Source of the DNA: an uncultured Gammaproteobacteria bacterium
GTDB lineage: Bacteria > Patescibacteriota > Patescibacteriia > UBA9934
Reading direction: 5' to 3'
Length of the DNA stretch: 64,000 bases
Assembly: GCA_964613815.1 (NCBI GenBank)
Contig: CAZTKG010000002.1
Coordinates: 118,299 to 182,298 of the forward strand
How positions within the stretch are numbered: position 1 is the stretch's first letter; every line of letters starts with the position of its first letter. The notes beneath the pieces were generated by a model. The model worked only from the letters and a program-made list of their open reading frames with translations. It had not been told where the DNA came from and ran no database searches. Shown here in pieces: positions 63,363 to 64,000 of this stretch. Made by a program: the position numbers and the translations under genes.

Positions 63363-64000
63363 ATGGAAATTCAAACTGGCGACATTATAAAACTTGGGGA
63401 TCACTTACTCCTCTGTGGAAGCGCCGCAGACAAAGTCCAAGTCGAGCGATTGCTTTCTGGTCGTGCTATCAATCTGATCCTTACAGACCCTCCGTACGGT
63501 GTAGCGTACGTTGAAAGCAAAGAAGGGTTCACTCAATCAATAGCTAAACTAAAAGTGATTAAGGGCGATGAAATTCAAACGGAAGCAAACTACAGATCCT
63601 TCACCTGTGCGTGGCTCACGCATGCACAGCCATTCATGGCAAAGAAGAATTCTGTTTACATCTTCAATTCGGACAAGATGATCTTTGCCCTGCGTGAGGG
63701 TATGCAACAGGCTGGGTTCAGATTTACGCAACTACTTATCTGGGCAAAGACTCACGCGGTCATTGGGCGGATGGACTACTTACCTCAGCATGAGCTCATT
63801 GCGTATGGCTGGTATGGAACGCATAAGTTTCATAAGTCTAAAGACAAATCAGTGCTGGTGTATCCCAAACCAAATAAATCAAAATTCCATCCCACGACCA
63901 AACCCATTGGACTCCTTCGGCGCATGATCCTCAATAGCTCAAAGGTTGGTGACACGGTCTACGATCCATTTGGAGGATCTGGGTCAACTCTTCTGGCATG
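63363..64000 (+). CDS. DNA methyltransferase (DPPY-type), paralogous to the methyltransferase domain of the upstream gene; 3' end beyond window
   Basis: LILTDPPYGVAY (motif IV) and DPFGGSGSTLLA (motif I). Its N-terminus (KLGDHLLLCGSA) parallels QLGNHRLLCSDS of the previous gene. The ORF runs off the window end. Confidence 0.75.
   Translation, partial: MEIQTGDIIKLGDHLLLCGSAADKVQVERLLSGRAINLILTDPPYGVAYVESKEGFTQSIAKLKVIKGDEIQTEANYRSFTCAWLTHAQPFMAKKNSVYIFNSDKMIFALREGMQQAGFRFTQLLIWAKTHAVIGRMDYLPQHELIAYGWYGTHKFHKSKDKSVLVYPKPNKSKFHPTTKPIGLLRRMILNSSKVGDTVYDPFGGSGSTLLA

Noticed and set aside
1-64000. Transposase or IS element, rRNA genes
   Set aside because: No ORF with DDE, HUH or serine/tyrosine recombinase motifs and no rRNA-like conserved stretches were seen in this window.

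Overview
This 64-kb window reads like a small, streamlined bacterial genome, possibly from the Patescibacteria/CPR group (inference). Evidence is the archaeal-type UMP kinase and NMN adenylyltransferase, a short UvrC, type IV pilus genes, almost all housekeeping genes on the + strand, and strongly G+T-rich coding. The standard genetic code applies, since TGA is clearly used as a stop codon.

The core content is DNA-repair heavy and includes:
- xseA-xseB, uvrB-uvrA-uvrC, nth, recJ-rnhA, ligA and an Ogt/MGMT-type domain protein
- rplJ-rplL, pyrH, tsaB, tRNA-Gln(UUG)
- the start of the dcw cluster (mraZ-rsmH-ftsL-like), gpmI, gatC-gatA, lgt and a DsbA-like gene
- pilM, a pilin and pilD
- two ABC transporters, a CPBP protease and a pentapeptide-repeat protein

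The most interesting observations are five.

1. A family of at least ten copies of a ~30-110 bp palindromic element is scattered through the window. Its consensus is TCCCATCTCGACC...GGAGAGATCT..AGATCTCTCCACAAGGTCGAGATGGGA. Several copies sit in frame inside or at the 3' ends of conserved genes (xseA, uvrA, nth, a C39-like peptidase, a DUF362 protein). This is reminiscent of Rickettsia RPEs.

2. The 3' end of the window (about 50.6-64 kb) is an AT-rich island with atypical codon usage. It carries a Type I R-M operon (hsdM-hsdS-X-hsdR), where X is an unrecognised 585-aa gene translationally coupled between hsdS and hsdR, at the position PrrC occupies in the E. coli prr locus. The island also carries a degenerate Fic-like gene, a DUF2130-like coiled-coil protein, a Zn-ribbon/HTH protein and two tandem DNA methyltransferases, the first fused to a ParB-like domain.

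3. A GC-rich island at 19.4-21.4 kb holds four tandem small-protein cassettes (the last two clearly homologous). Each has a conserved 5' leader ending in GCATGGAGGTAAA and an almost identical CCGCGCA-ATTG-TGCGCGG terminator hairpin.

4. Two apparent frameshifts lie at poly-G tracts: one in an MsbA-like ABC exporter and one in a TM-helix-repeat protein.

5. Several striking non-coding structures are present. These are two 44-bp perfect palindromes sharing a TGGTCCGTACGGACCA core, a 22-bp perfect inverted repeat between uvrA and uvrC, a conserved TTGACA-N17-TGG-TATTGT promoter in front of several small ORFs, and a 15-bp duplication of the tRNA-Gln 3' end.

No rRNA, CRISPR array or recognisable transposase was seen.
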